This document shows, piece after piece, positions 9,741-19,891 of a stretch of DNA of 64,000 nt (position 1 is the stretch's first letter; each line of letters opens with the position of its first letter). Source of the DNA: an archaeon (GTDB lineage: Archaea; EX4484-52; WAPT01); the NCBI GenBank assembly GCA_029258795.1, contig JAPDKB010000007.1:246186-310185 (forward strand). Direction: 5' to 3'. The notes beneath the pieces are model-generated. The model had not been told where the DNA came from. It saw only the letters and a list, made by a program, of their open reading frames with translations, and searched no databases. The position numbers and the translations under genes are program-made.

Positions 9741-10133
9741 ATGGAGCTGGAAACCCTGGAAGTTATTGTGGGGCTGTTGCTTCTTTTCTTTGGAATATAC
9801 CTTCTCTACTTTATGGATGTGATTTCCCATATCGTTGGTGTGTTTAAACTAGGGAAGAAAAGGGAGATCAAGCCGGGAGATATCCATCTCACCATCATCA
9901 TGCTTCTCGGAATAGTTTTTGTGGTTGCAGGTGCGTGGATGCTCGTTGATGTCGTTGGGATCAGAAGGCTCATGGTAAAATTTGCAGGCCTAGTGTCATT
10001 TCTCTTTGCAAGTTTCCTCGTGTTCCACTTCCCTGACAGTAAAAAGTATCAGCCAGCTGGCTTTGAAACCATAGCCGTGCTTTTGGGAATTGTGTTTTAT
10101 GCCATTGCTCTCTACCTGCTGATATTCGCGTGA
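9741..10133 (+). CDS. Small 4-TM membrane protein
   Basis: Four hydrophobic stretches; ATG 9741 lies downstream of TTTATATAAA. Confidence 0.7.
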   Translation: MELETLEVIVGLLLLFFGIYLLYFMDVISHIVGVFKLGKKREIKPGDIHLTIIMLLGIVFVVAGAWMLVDVVGIRRLMVKFAGLVSFLFASFLVFHFPDSKKYQPAGFETIAVLLGIVFYAIALYLLIFA

Positions 10134-10151
10134 GAGAAGAATGCGTGGGGC

Positions 10152-10961
10152 TCAAGAGGTTATGCGCTTCTTTCTCCACATCGCAATCCCTGCAAGCAGA
10201 GCAACAACCGCTGCTCCAGCCCCTAAAGCTGAATAGTGTAGCGCCGTAAAGCCGGTGATCGCTGATGATACGCTGCCTGATGGCAATGATGCGAGCTGAT
10301 CCTTCTTTACGTTGTCACTCTCAACGATGCTGCACGGCTGCACCTCAAGCGGTTTGTTCAGATCGGTGCCGCAGTTGTTCACATCCTCGCAGCTTCTCGT
10401 CTGCATTCCGTCCTTGCAGGAGCTCCACTCCGTGCATACCCACCTTTCAACACATTCACTGGTGGTGGTTGAGGCGGTATTCTCGTTCTCACTCCCATTC
10501 GGCTCTTCAGTTGTGGTTGTTGGTGGTGATGATGCTGCGCCTGCTGTTGCAGCCCCTCCAGATGTTGAGGTCTGGCTTTCTGGAGAGATGGTGCCACCTT
10601 CCTCTCTGGTGATGGTTAAGTCCAGTCGCGTTACACACCCATTGCAAAAGTAGTAAGTAGCTGCCAACGTGCCATCAACATAAATCTTGATTTCCTTACC
10701 GCTCATGTCGTTGTTGGGATCATCCACGTAGAATATCGGGTCATAACCATATTTTCCATCACTAACTGTGGTTTTGGCCACCACCTTTCCATCCACCTCG
10801 GCAGTGATCACCGTACCATCCGGAGCTATATTTCCATTTATGTACACGCTCCCATAAAAAGCGTGAGGTACTCCCGGAATGGCAAGCACCGCTCCGGTCA
10901 TCAAGCTGAGCAACACAAATGCAGAGACAACCATTCCAACAGAGTTTTTCGAACCTATCAT
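10152..10961 (-). CDS. Membrane-anchored surface protein with TSP1-like Cys motif
   Basis: Signal peptide, PHAFYGSVYING beta domain, S/T linker, CVERWVCTEWSSC...QTRSC.D.NNCG, C-terminal TM followed by a basic tail. Confidence 0.8.
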   Translation of the reverse strand: MIGSKNSVGMVVSAFVLLSLMTGAVLAIPGVPHAFYGSVYINGNIAPDGTVITAEVDGKVVAKTTVSDGKYGYDPIFYVDDPNNDMSGKEIKIYVDGTLAATYYFCNGCVTRLDLTITREEGGTISPESQTSTSGGAATAGAASSPPTTTTEEPNGSENENTASTTTSECVERWVCTEWSSCKDGMQTRSCEDVNNCGTDLNKPLEVQPCSIVESDNVKKDQLASLPSGSVSSAITGFTALHYSALGAGAAVVALLAGIAMWRKKRITS

Positions 10962-11039
10962 TTTTGAACACCTCATAAAATCAAAGAGAAGCACAGCGTT
11001 GCGCTGTGCTCCCAGTCCTATCGATCATTCTTACGGCTT

Positions 11040-14000
11040 TCACCATCCGCCTATGCATTTAAAATCCCTGTTCCAGACGCAGGTGGTTGCTGGAGCGTAC
11101 AGCTCTTCTTCATCCAGTTCTATCCAGTACCCCTTCCCTGCATACATCCTGTTGTCAAAGCACCTGTCTCCGTACGGACATGCGTTCAGCGGGATCCACC
11201 AAGTGTAGCCGTTTCCGCAGTTAAGGTATGTCCACAGCGAGCTCCATTTTGGATAGCCCTCATGTGTGTTTATCAGTGAGTTGAGCGCACAGTACACCTT
11301 ATCTCCGTAGATGTAACGGTTGTGGTATCCATATCCATGGCCACAGTAGTCCCACATGTCATCCCAACCGTACATCTGCCACTTTATGCCATAGTAGCCT
11401 ATCAGGTTCCAGCCCTTGGCGAGCTTTCTGCTTGGTGGTGTTGTTGCCGGGCTGAATAAACTTCCACCAATGGTGAGCCATACAGGATTCTCTGCACTTC
11501 CGTTCATTGAAAGTACCCAGTAGCCGTAACCCGGTTCTATGGTGTTGAAGTCCTTGGGACCATCATCGTCAGGAGTCCACACATACCATGTACCGTTCTC
11601 GTATTTCCACACTGCAAGTATGCTATCCTCTATGTCGTGGAACACCACATCTATGTTGCTGTTGAGCAGCACAAATGGCACGGATATGAGGTTCCACTTT
11701 TTGTAGAGCGGAATGTCGAGCTTTGTTCCCTCAACCTTGAACTTCTCAACATCCAGCAAGCTTCTGTTCACATTACCAACTCTGTCCACACAGTAATACT
11801 CGAGCTCATGCTCTGTCTCTTCCAGGAAGTAGAAGGACTGCATCTCTCCTTCCCATGCCATGCAGCAAAAGCCATCTCCACTTGAGTTGTATGCACCTCC
11901 GTACTCCTCACAGTATCTTTCCGTTACGTCATCTCCGTCCATGCTTACTTTAAAGCATGCTATTTCGGCTCCAGCCGGATGTTCGCCAGTATCCTCACAC
12001 CCAAGCGTTATTGGTGTGAGCATGGTCACCTGCCAGCACTCCAACGCATCGCTATCATTTATCCAGCACCTTTCGTTAGCTTCTGGATAAAAGTTGCTCT
12101 CTGGATCGTTGTTCTTGCCCGGAGTCCACATATCGCTTGGTTTGCCCACTTCCTTGAGAGGAGTTGGTGCTGTGGTATCCACAAAAATGCATCTCTTGCT
12201 AATATTGGCGGTTTTATTCACATTATCAACGCTGTAGTACTCGATCAGGTGGCATGACTCCTCGCCTATTATGAATGGAGTACCATTCCAGAGCTGGAAG
12301 CTGCCGTTTCCTTCCGCGTCGCTACACATGCTGGTGTTGTAGCAGTATTCATCATCCACAAGCGTCACACGATAATATGTGGAGTTCACTCCGCTTGGAT
12401 GTGGGCCCAGATCAACAGCATGCAGTGTGAATTCTGTAGTTGCTCCAACCCATTCGGATGTTCCATTGGTGTAGTACGGCACACCAACTTCAAGCTCTGT
12501 GGTTGGAGGTGTCTTATCCACGATAAAAGCGCCAAATATCTCGTCATCGTTATGAAGTCCGTCCTCGCACCACACTCTGAGCAGATATGCATGCTCCTCC
12601 GGCAGTATTATGTTGAAACTTGCTCCTTCATCCGTAACCTCACTTTCCTCATCATCATCCACATCGTAGTACTGCCATTTACAGCTCACCATGTCAACAG
12701 GATGTGGTTGCTGATCGTACGCCTCAACATGAATATAGCTTGCAGTGTCTATCATGCAGAACTCTCCCTTGTCCTGCCCCCCTATACTGCAGTTTCCGTA
12801 CTTTGGTCCAACAACGGTGATGTTCATGTAGGGTGGTGTGTTGTCCACAACATCAATCTCGCTCTCCACCTCATTGCTGTTCTGAAGCGCGTCCGTACAG
12901 TAATACTCGACTAGGTGGCATGACTCTTCCGGCAAAGTTATGCTTTCTCCGCTTGCTACCTCCGTCCATTGGGTTGGCTCGCTCCAATTCTGGCAGTCGT
13001 TGCTGATTGCATACCTGTAATAAATCACTTCTCCACCAACCGGATGCTCACCCGTATCCTCACACATGAAGGTTATCGGAGTTGTGGTGGAAATGTAAGT
13101 CATGTTGTCCTCCTCAATTTTAGGATCGCCTATTACTTTGTCCATAGTGGGTGGCGTGTTATCCACAAAAACACACTGCTTTTTTATGGTTTCCACATTC
13201 CCGATCTCATCAACGCTGTAGTACTCGATCAGGTGGCATGACTCCTCGCCTATTATGAATGGAGTACCATTCCAGAGCTGGAAGCTGCCGTTTCCTTCTG
13301 CATTCTGGCAGTCATAATTGCTCCAGCAAGGAGTATTGCTGTCCATCAGGGTTACGCGGTAATGGGTGGAATTGACGCCAGAAGCACATGTTGTTCCTTC
13401 GGGGTTGTCCACCGCATCAAGCACCAGTCTGGTAGAGCTGCTTATCCACCTAACAACATTACCATCATTATTCTCGGTGTATGTTTCGCCATCATAAGTT
13501 TTGGTTGTGGTTGGTGCTTCACTATCCACATAAAACTTCTCTTCATCCACCTTACAGTTATCAAGAGCATCACAACATGTAACCTTGAGTGTGTGCTCCG
13601 TGCTCTCAGCAAATCTAACCCTGCAGAAGTTCTGGTTGTCACATTCGGTTATGGAAATGAACGGGTTATCATCCACGCTGTATTCGAAAGTACACTTCAC
13701 ATCATTCACAGCACATCCCGCGCTTGCATCATCCTGAGCCGATACATTGACCTCTGTGGCATGGGCGCCTCCTCTAACGCGGCAGACGTCCTGCTCGCTT
13801 GTGGGCGGGCATACACCAATCTTAGGCTCACCCACACCCTTGCTTATCACGGGTGGTCTGGAATCCACCTTGAAGATTTCGGAATCCTCAGTACCCTTGT
13901 TGCCTAAGGCGTCCATACAGAAGAACGTTAAGTTATGAGATGAGTCCTCCATGAACTCGAACGAGTACTTATTATCTCCAACTTCATAACAGCACCATTC

Positions 14001-15443
14001 CTCCCCATCTATCGTTTTCGTGCTGCCTCCATAGTCGGAACAGTAAGATGATGTTAAGTCCTGCGCACCATCAAGCGTGATGCGATAACATAAAACATTG
14101 TTGTTGACCGGGTGATCCCCCGTATCACTGCAGCTCAATCCTATTTCCGTCTGATTTGAAACGTAATAGTCGCAGGAATCATCTCCGATGGCTTCGCAAG
14201 GGACCTGCGGATTGCCCACAGATTTCTCGCCAGCGGGTGGTGTGTTATCCACAAAAACACACTGCCACCTGTATCCGTCTTCCGCCTCTCTGTTGCCAAG
14301 GAGATCAACGCTGTAATATTCTATCACATGGCACGACTCTTCATTTATCGTGAAAGCTCCGCTGTATTCCTGAAATTCCCCTTTACCGCCACATTCCAAG
14401 TACTGATCATAAACTTCCGGGTGGCACGCACTTCTGCAAACCTCATCATTCGTAACCCGGAAAACGCGATAATAAATCTTGTCCACACCAACCGCACATA
14501 TGGCTCCGTTATCTTCAGCTGATAGAGTTATCGTGCTCGATGATGTGATCCAGTGAGGGTAATTAGCGTCGCTATTGATATCCAATGGAAAGTACGGCTT
14601 ATCATACACCTTCGTGGTGGTCGGTGCCTCACTATCCACCTTAAATGTCTCGACATCACTCACCACGTTTCCTGCTCGATCCTTACAGGTTATGTTGAGT
14701 TCATGAACCGAGTCCTCACCAAAATTGAAGCTGTACTGCCACGAATAAACATCTTCATCAAATTCCTTGTAAATGATCTCGTGCTCATCATTGCCATCGA
14801 GAACATAAGAGATTCTGCACCATTCCAGCCCGCTCATCCCGCAATTGCCCTGTTCTTGAACATCAACATTGATGGTTGTGTCCTGTGTTAGCCAGCAGTC
14901 CTGGCCTGCTGACGGAGGACAAGTGCCATAGGTCTCACCCTCCAAAGTTTTCGTTATAGAAGGTGCCAGGTCATCAACACTCGTGGTATCATTCACATAA
15001 ACTATCGAGCCGGGTTGTGGTTCTGTCTGATCTCTTGTTTCAAACCACCAGACCCACTCACACCCGCTATCTGGTGTTGTGGCGGAAAAATGAAAGGTCT
15101 CGCATGATCCCGGAGCTATCGAATTCAGGCTGCTCGCAACGTACTGGCATGCATCCTTGGTAGAAACGGTATCAAGCTCCCATCCGGCTTTCCCTTCGCA
15201 TTGAAGGTTGGAATAACCATCACTCTTGTAGATGCGGATTTCATCAATATCATGCGTGCTGCCCACATCATTACAGATATTAACTGAATATTCCACATTT
15301 TCACCAGCAGGAGACCATTCCGGCTGGAGCTCAACGCTTGAAGTGTGCGTTGCAAACGACACTCCAGAACTCAAAAATATCGAAAAAATCAAACCAATCG
15401 CGACAATAAAACTAAAATTTCGACAATACCAACAACTATTCAT
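11040..15443 (-). CDS. Very large secreted Cys-rich repeat surface protein (tandem Ig-like modules)
   Basis: N-terminal signal peptide; repeated VD..PP...K / E.(S)CH.(I/L)EYY.VD..GN modules; C-terminal WNLI..GYW domain. Confidence 0.85.
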   Translation of the reverse strand: MNSCWYCRNFSFIVAIGLIFSIFLSSGVSFATHTSSVELQPEWSPAGENVEYSVNICNDVGSTHDIDEIRIYKSDGYSNLQCEGKAGWELDTVSTKDACQYVASSLNSIAPGSCETFHFSATTPDSGCEWVWWFETRDQTEPQPGSIVYVNDTTSVDDLAPSITKTLEGETYGTCPPSAGQDCWLTQDTTINVDVQEQGNCGMSGLEWCRISYVLDGNDEHEIIYKEFDEDVYSWQYSFNFGEDSVHELNITCKDRAGNVVSDVETFKVDSEAPTTTKVYDKPYFPLDINSDANYPHWITSSSTITLSAEDNGAICAVGVDKIYYRVFRVTNDEVCRSACHPEVYDQYLECGGKGEFQEYSGAFTINEESCHVIEYYSVDLLGNREAEDGYRWQCVFVDNTPPAGEKSVGNPQVPCEAIGDDSCDYYVSNQTEIGLSCSDTGDHPVNNNVLCYRITLDGAQDLTSSYCSDYGGSTKTIDGEEWCCYEVGDNKYSFEFMEDSSHNLTFFCMDALGNKGTEDSEIFKVDSRPPVISKGVGEPKIGVCPPTSEQDVCRVRGGAHATEVNVSAQDDASAGCAVNDVKCTFEYSVDDNPFISITECDNQNFCRVRFAESTEHTLKVTCCDALDNCKVDEEKFYVDSEAPTTTKTYDGETYTENNDGNVVRWISSSTRLVLDAVDNPEGTTCASGVNSTHYRVTLMDSNTPCWSNYDCQNAEGNGSFQLWNGTPFIIGEESCHLIEYYSVDEIGNVETIKKQCVFVDNTPPTMDKVIGDPKIEEDNMTYISTTTPITFMCEDTGEHPVGGEVIYYRYAISNDCQNWSEPTQWTEVASGESITLPEESCHLVEYYCTDALQNSNEVESEIDVVDNTPPYMNITVVGPKYGNCSIGGQDKGEFCMIDTASYIHVEAYDQQPHPVDMVSCKWQYYDVDDDEESEVTDEGASFNIILPEEHAYLLRVWCEDGLHNDDEIFGAFIVDKTPPTTELEVGVPYYTNGTSEWVGATTEFTLHAVDLGPHPSGVNSTYYRVTLVDDEYCYNTSMCSDAEGNGSFQLWNGTPFIIGEESCHLIEYYSVDNVNKTANISKRCIFVDTTAPTPLKEVGKPSDMWTPGKNNDPESNFYPEANERCWINDSDALECWQVTMLTPITLGCEDTGEHPAGAEIACFKVSMDGDDVTERYCEEYGGAYNSSGDGFCCMAWEGEMQSFYFLEETEHELEYYCVDRVGNVNRSLLDVEKFKVEGTKLDIPLYKKWNLISVPFVLLNSNIDVVFHDIEDSILAVWKYENGTWYVWTPDDDGPKDFNTIEPGYGYWVLSMNGSAENPVWLTIGGSLFSPATTPPSRKLAKGWNLIGYYGIKWQMYGWDDMWDYCGHGYGYHNRYIYGDKVYCALNSLINTHEGYPKWSSLWTYLNCGNGYTWWIPLNACPYGDRCFDNRMYAGKGYWIELDEEELYAPATTCVWNRDFKCIGGW
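12225..13298. repeat. Perfect 90-bp direct repeat (12225-12314 and 13209-13298)
   Basis: atcaacgctgtag...ctgccgtttccttc is identical in both copies. Confidence 0.95.
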
Positions 15444-15600
15444 AAATTTTCACCAAATTTTCCATTCTTACAAATGGAACTTTTAAATTATTTTTAAAAA
15501 CGAAGTTATTTAAATGTTTGAAAAAATTTTATACAAAATTTGTCCTAATATTAAACAAAAATAGAAAAATAAGTTCGAAAATCGCAACTAAGAAAATAAA

Positions 15601-16008
15601 TCATTTTCTAAAGCTCTTGTTTTTGTTTGAAAGTTCGGTCAATTCAGCCGGAGTGTACATCTCGGTGAGATAAGAATGTACAACCTGTAAAATGGTGGGA
15701 TAGTTCAGATTGAGCTGCCACACATTCCTTTTGGATGAGGAAGCGGCATGCTTGATGGGTACAACAAGCTTCCACCCATGTAGTTTGTCCAGATGATAGA
15801 GCACTAGAGAATGCCTTACACCCATTCTCTCGGCCATTCTCTCCACCTGCATTGAGTAGTTGGTCTGAGGGCTTCGAAAGAGCATGAACAATATAGTGGC
15901 TCTGACTCTATTTCTGAGAATTAAATCGAGCTGTGTTCTGATTGAAAACAGAATTTTGTGTTCATCTTCGAAATTTTCAGCATTTTTTTCATGAAAATTT
16001 TCTGACAT
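15601..16008 (-). CDS. Winged-helix (ArsR-like) transcription regulator
   Basis: N.VRATIL..L...MAERMGVRHSLVLYHLDKL HTH signature. Confidence 0.75.
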   Translation of the reverse strand: MSENFHEKNAENFEDEHKILFSIRTQLDLILRNRVRATILFMLFRSPQTNYSMQVERMAERMGVRHSLVLYHLDKLHGWKLVVPIKHAASSSKRNVWQLNLNYPTILQVVHSYLTEMYTPAELTELSNKNKSFRK

Positions 16009-16083
16009 TTAGATATTTTGGTGAAGAACATTTATATAGATGTTTAAATCTTGCAAAAAGAAAAAGATACGGGGTATTCAAGT

Positions 16084-16662
16084 TTACAATTTGTATGTCT
16101 CCTTTACCTCCACTTTTCTGATTTCAACAGAGTTTATTGGATGTATCTTGACCGCTTTTGAGAATATGAGTTTCTGAGTTATTCCGTCGAACATCTCCTT
16201 GAGCAGATCTGGCAGTTTTCTGCTGCTAACATATTCGTCCAGAAATGCTTCTACTTCCTTTCTTATCGCGCTCTGTACGGAAGTGTTGGCTCTTCCGTGG
16301 GTAATTATGATCGGTTTAACGCGCAATTTGACGCCATCAGCCGTTGTTACATCCTTTATGATATCTATCCTCGATGTTCTCTTCCTCACCATCCTGGTGA
16401 CTCTATCTCTAGAAAGCTCATGTCCCCAGTAAATGGTCTTGGCAACGCTATCCTCTGTCTCAACTATCCTGAGAGCTATGTTGATGAAAACATGCCTTAT
16501 GTTGTTGGTGACCATGTTAAGAGGAATAACAACCACTCTGTCGATGGGAGTGCCATGTTTGGTTACGGGCGTTTCTCCTATTATTCCTCCACCCAGATAC
16601 TCCGGTGCTTTTATCTGGTACCAGCTCAGCTTCACTTTTCTTCTGCTCTGCGGCCTTGCCAA
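16084..16662 (-). CDS. rps3ae: 30S ribosomal protein S3Ae (eS1)
   Basis: WY.I.AP, GHELSRD...RMVRKRTSRID, IHP...VEIRKVEV. Confidence 0.95.
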   Translation of the reverse strand: MARPQSRRKVKLSWYQIKAPEYLGGGIIGETPVTKHGTPIDRVVVIPLNMVTNNIRHVFINIALRIVETEDSVAKTIYWGHELSRDRVTRMVRKRTSRIDIIKDVTTADGVKLRVKPIIITHGRANTSVQSAIRKEVEAFLDEYVSSRKLPDLLKEMFDGITQKLIFSKAVKIHPINSVEIRKVEVKETYKL

Positions 16663-16795
16663 ACAGCATCACCCCGTTTTCGGAAACACATGTAAGTTTG
16701 ACAGAAAGTTTTATTAATCTTGTTCTATGCCGAACTTAGCGGAATAAAAATTAAAAAATTAATCCCATGGATTGATTTTTAGCAAGCATTTCATG

Positions 16796-16871
16796 CTCGC
16801 CCCCTTCACCGGCTGGGGCGAGAGGAACCGGTGTACACCGCGGCGCACCGGTTCCACCCATATCTCGCCCT
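16796..16871. other. GC-rich structured intergenic element (two hairpins with an alternative pairing)
   Basis: ctcgcccc/ggggcgag and ggaaccggtg/caccggttcc stems. Confidence 0.55.
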
Positions 16872-16888
16872 GATTTGGCTTCCTGCAA

Positions 16889-18247
16889 TCATATCAAACC
16901 ATCAACCACTTCTATGAACTTCATCTCACTTCCCAGAGGTATTTTTGCTCCTGCTGCCGTTCTGTGGCCACCGCCTTCTCCACCCACAACCTCACATGCT
17001 TTTCTTATCGCAAGTCCGAGATTCACGTTGCCATCATCCTTTTTTGCTCTTGCCGAAACTTTAACTCCGTTACATGAGTTTGCAAAGGAAAAACCAAATT
17101 TCGTCTTTATCTTGGATTTCATGGAGATGGAGAGCACGGTACCTATTATCGTGTCGCTTATCTTGTCTCCTGCTATGATGTATGTGGCTTTTTCCGTCAC
17201 TATGAAGCGCTTTCTGTTCCTTGAGATCCATGCAAGTGCGGAGGATATCATCTTTCGGTAACTTGCATACAGCTCTTCCACATCGTTTCTCATTCCAAGG
17301 CAGAACTTGATACCTTCCATCGGCTTACCTATCCTGCCACATGCGTTGAGAAATGTGGCGAATTCCCTCACCTCATACTTTCCCTTGATTTTATACACAT
17401 CCCCTATTATAGAAGTGATTTTCTCGATGGATAAGTCGTTTGCTGCACTTTCTATTACCAGAGCAGTTGCCAGCTTTTTCTCCTCCTTCCTCGTCAGATC
17501 ACAAAGCCTTCTGAAGTTACCGTGCTCATCAATGATGGGTATGCCGAGCTCCGCAAGTAATTGCACCACAGCCGATTCATTCCCGCTTATTCCCTCGATG
17601 TATGGATCCATGGACTGACTGAGAGCTTTGTGAATGGGCTTGGTATATCTCCCAAAAATGTTTATACCCTTTCCTTTTTTCACGAGTCCAAAAAGTTCAG
17701 CATCTTCATACAGCAGCTTGTTCACACCGATCAGCCGGTTTTTGACGAGTTGCACATCAGCAAAAGCACCCACAACCGGCAGGTCAAGATGCTCCTTGAC
17801 CTTTTCATCAAGACTTCTGGCAACAAGATATGTCATGCCAGATCCGCTTATTTCCAAGCTACCATCTATGCCAAAAAAATAGGGATTGATGTGCGCGAGC
17901 CCCTTCCACCTCAACTCTTCTGGTTGATGGTGGTCTATAACCACAACATCCTTACCATCAAGCCACTCCTTTATGGTTGAAAGCTGACCGCTGCCGAGGT
18001 CAAGAAAAATGTAATGGTCTATTCCTTCCTCCACCACATCCTGCATCGCATCCCTTTCCAGCTGCTTCAAAAACACCACATCAAAATCTTTACCCCGTTC
18101 TTTCAGGGCGCGAAACATGAGAGATGCAGCACATATTCCATCTGCATCGTGATGGCTAACAACCCTTATCCTGCCACGCCACTTCGCTATGATGGATGCC
18201 ATTCTTGCAGCTTCATCAGCCAGCTTTATAACTCGAGAGAAGGACAT
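16889..18247 (-). CDS. RecJ-like DHH/DHHA1 phosphoesterase
   Basis: HHDADG, DLGSG, IDHH and GGGH..AAG motifs; archaeal synteny with eS1. Confidence 0.92.
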   Translation of the reverse strand: MSFSRVIKLADEAARMASIIAKWRGRIRVVSHHDADGICAASLMFRALKERGKDFDVVFLKQLERDAMQDVVEEGIDHYIFLDLGSGQLSTIKEWLDGKDVVVIDHHQPEELRWKGLAHINPYFFGIDGSLEISGSGMTYLVARSLDEKVKEHLDLPVVGAFADVQLVKNRLIGVNKLLYEDAELFGLVKKGKGINIFGRYTKPIHKALSQSMDPYIEGISGNESAVVQLLAELGIPIIDEHGNFRRLCDLTRKEEKKLATALVIESAANDLSIEKITSIIGDVYKIKGKYEVREFATFLNACGRIGKPMEGIKFCLGMRNDVEELYASYRKMISSALAWISRNRKRFIVTEKATYIIAGDKISDTIIGTVLSISMKSKIKTKFGFSFANSCNGVKVSARAKKDDGNVNLGLAIRKACEVVGGEGGGHRTAAGAKIPLGSEMKFIEVVDGLI

Positions 18248-18295
18248 AGAAAGATAGATATATTGAGGTGGTATTTAACTATTTTGATGCTGCAC

Positions 18296-18928
18296 TCAAG
18301 CCATCACCATCTCTTTTATAGCTTCTCTGCTTTTTCTGTCCGCATCATGTAGCGGCATGATCAAGTTGTCCTGCACACATACCTTGACGATGTTCATAGC
18401 CCCATTCAAATCCACTTCATGGCCGGGTGAGAGGTAGAAATTCCTGTTGTTGAGCTTTATTACCTTACTCCTCACCTCTCCATCCACCACCACATCATCT
18501 CCCTTCAATTCCCCGCACAGCAATGACTTTGCAACACCTATTGTGGGCTTTTTCAGCTTCACGCCCACATAGCATGCTATCCCCGCTTTTCTTGGATGCA
18601 ATATGCCATTTCCATCAACCAGCACCACATCCACCTTGTGCTTTATCAGCTTAACGGCATTGACCATTATGTCGCCTTCTCGAAACAGAAAAAAGCCAGG
18701 GATGTAGGGAAACATGTCTCGTGTGCTTTTGAAGAGAAAGGCGCGCTCCACGATTCTCCTGAGTTTAACATCATAGAGGGATGCGCAACAACAGCAAAGC
18801 TCAGCTTTTCTACTATAAGAAACATCCACTCCCACCACAAATCTTAAAGCGTTAATATTAAAGCTCGAGTCCAATCTCACCTTTCTGGCTAGCTCCTCCT
18901 GAAAATTTATAAGTTTTGTGAGATTCAT
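18296..18928 (-). CDS. nfi: Endonuclease V
   Basis: GVDVSY, PYIPG...FRE, VDGNGILHPR, GVAKS. Confidence 0.95.
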   Translation of the reverse strand: MNLTKLINFQEELARKVRLDSSFNINALRFVVGVDVSYSRKAELCCCCASLYDVKLRRIVERAFLFKSTRDMFPYIPGFFLFREGDIMVNAVKLIKHKVDVVLVDGNGILHPRKAGIACYVGVKLKKPTIGVAKSLLCGELKGDDVVVDGEVRSKVIKLNNRNFYLSPGHEVDLNGAMNIVKVCVQDNLIMPLHDADRKSREAIKEMVMA

Positions 18929-18992
18929 AGAACTCTATTGATTCTTTTGATTCTTAAATTTCCAAAACTGTTAAGTATATGGGTGTGATACC

Positions 18993-19244
18993 ATGGGCAG
19001 GAAGTTCAAGATATGTGATGTGTGTAAGAAGAGATTTCACAGGGAGCAGGAAAACCGGCTTCAGATAATAAAAAGGTTGAGGAAGGGTAAGGTGGAGTTC
19101 TGGGTGTGCAACAAATGTTCCCCTGCTGTTGCCAAGATGCTGAGGGAGCAGTTCGGAATCAAGATCATCATTTCGGAGAAGGAGGAAAAGGGAGAAGAAA
19201 AACCATCCAAGGATGAAGCGACTGAAGAGAATAAAAATGAATGA
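18993..19244 (+). CDS. Small basic Zn-ribbon protein
   Basis: CDVC...CNKC; GGTGTGA SD-like sequence. Confidence 0.65.
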   Translation: MGRKFKICDVCKKRFHREQENRLQIIKRLRKGKVEFWVCNKCSPAVAKMLREQFGIKIIISEKEEKGEEKPSKDEATEENKNE

Positions 19245-19251
19245 GCTGTTT

Positions 19252-19836
19252 TTAGGCGTGCTTTTTCATACCGTCCAGCTTTTTGAAGTATTTGGAGAGG
19301 ACTGCGTGCCTCATATGCTCTATAAAGTTGTTCTCGTACTCTCCCCTGAACCTCATGACAAATGCTGGATGGTACGTGAGCATCACATGTGTCCCGTTGC
19401 AGTTCAAAAGTGTGCCTGCTTCCTTCTTAATTTCAACTTCCCGTCCCAGCACGCTATATGCAGCACATTTACCCAAACATATGAGCACTTTTGGCTTGAT
19501 TATCTCGATTTGCTTTAAAAGGTAAGGTCTGCATGCATCCAGTTCTTTTTTGGTGGGCTTTCGATTGTTTGGGGGTCTGCATTTGACAGCATTGGTCATG
19601 TATGTCTCCACTCTATCCACGCCAATTTCCCGGAGTATATTGGTAAGGTATATACCGGCTGCTCCCACAAACGGTCTTCCCTCTTTGTCTTCATTCTTCC
19701 CTGGTGCCTCTCCTATAAGCATTATGGATGCCTGCTCATCGCCCTCTCCAACAACCGGCTTTGTTCTGTATTTGTGGAGAGGGCACTTCTTACATTTCTC
19801 TACTTCTCGCGCAAGCTTGATAAGTTCGGCAATCAT
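19252..19836 (-). CDS. udg: Uracil-DNA glycosylase family 4
   Basis: C..C.L, GEAPG..ED..GRPFVG, KCRPP.NR, YHPA. Confidence 0.95.
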   Translation of the reverse strand: MIAELIKLAREVEKCKKCPLHKYRTKPVVGEGDEQASIMLIGEAPGKNEDKEGRPFVGAAGIYLTNILREIGVDRVETYMTNAVKCRPPNNRKPTKKELDACRPYLLKQIEIIKPKVLICLGKCAAYSVLGREVEIKKEAGTLLNCNGTHVMLTYHPAFVMRFRGEYENNFIEHMRHAVLSKYFKKLDGMKKHA

Positions 19837-19891
19837 ATGGTTTAAATTAAGGAGGGCTCTTGCATAAAAAGATTTTCTTAAGCGCCCGCCT

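Noticed and set aside
12225-13298. DGR template/variable repeat pair
   Set aside because: The copies are identical with no adenine mismatches, both lie inside one CDS, and no RT is in the window
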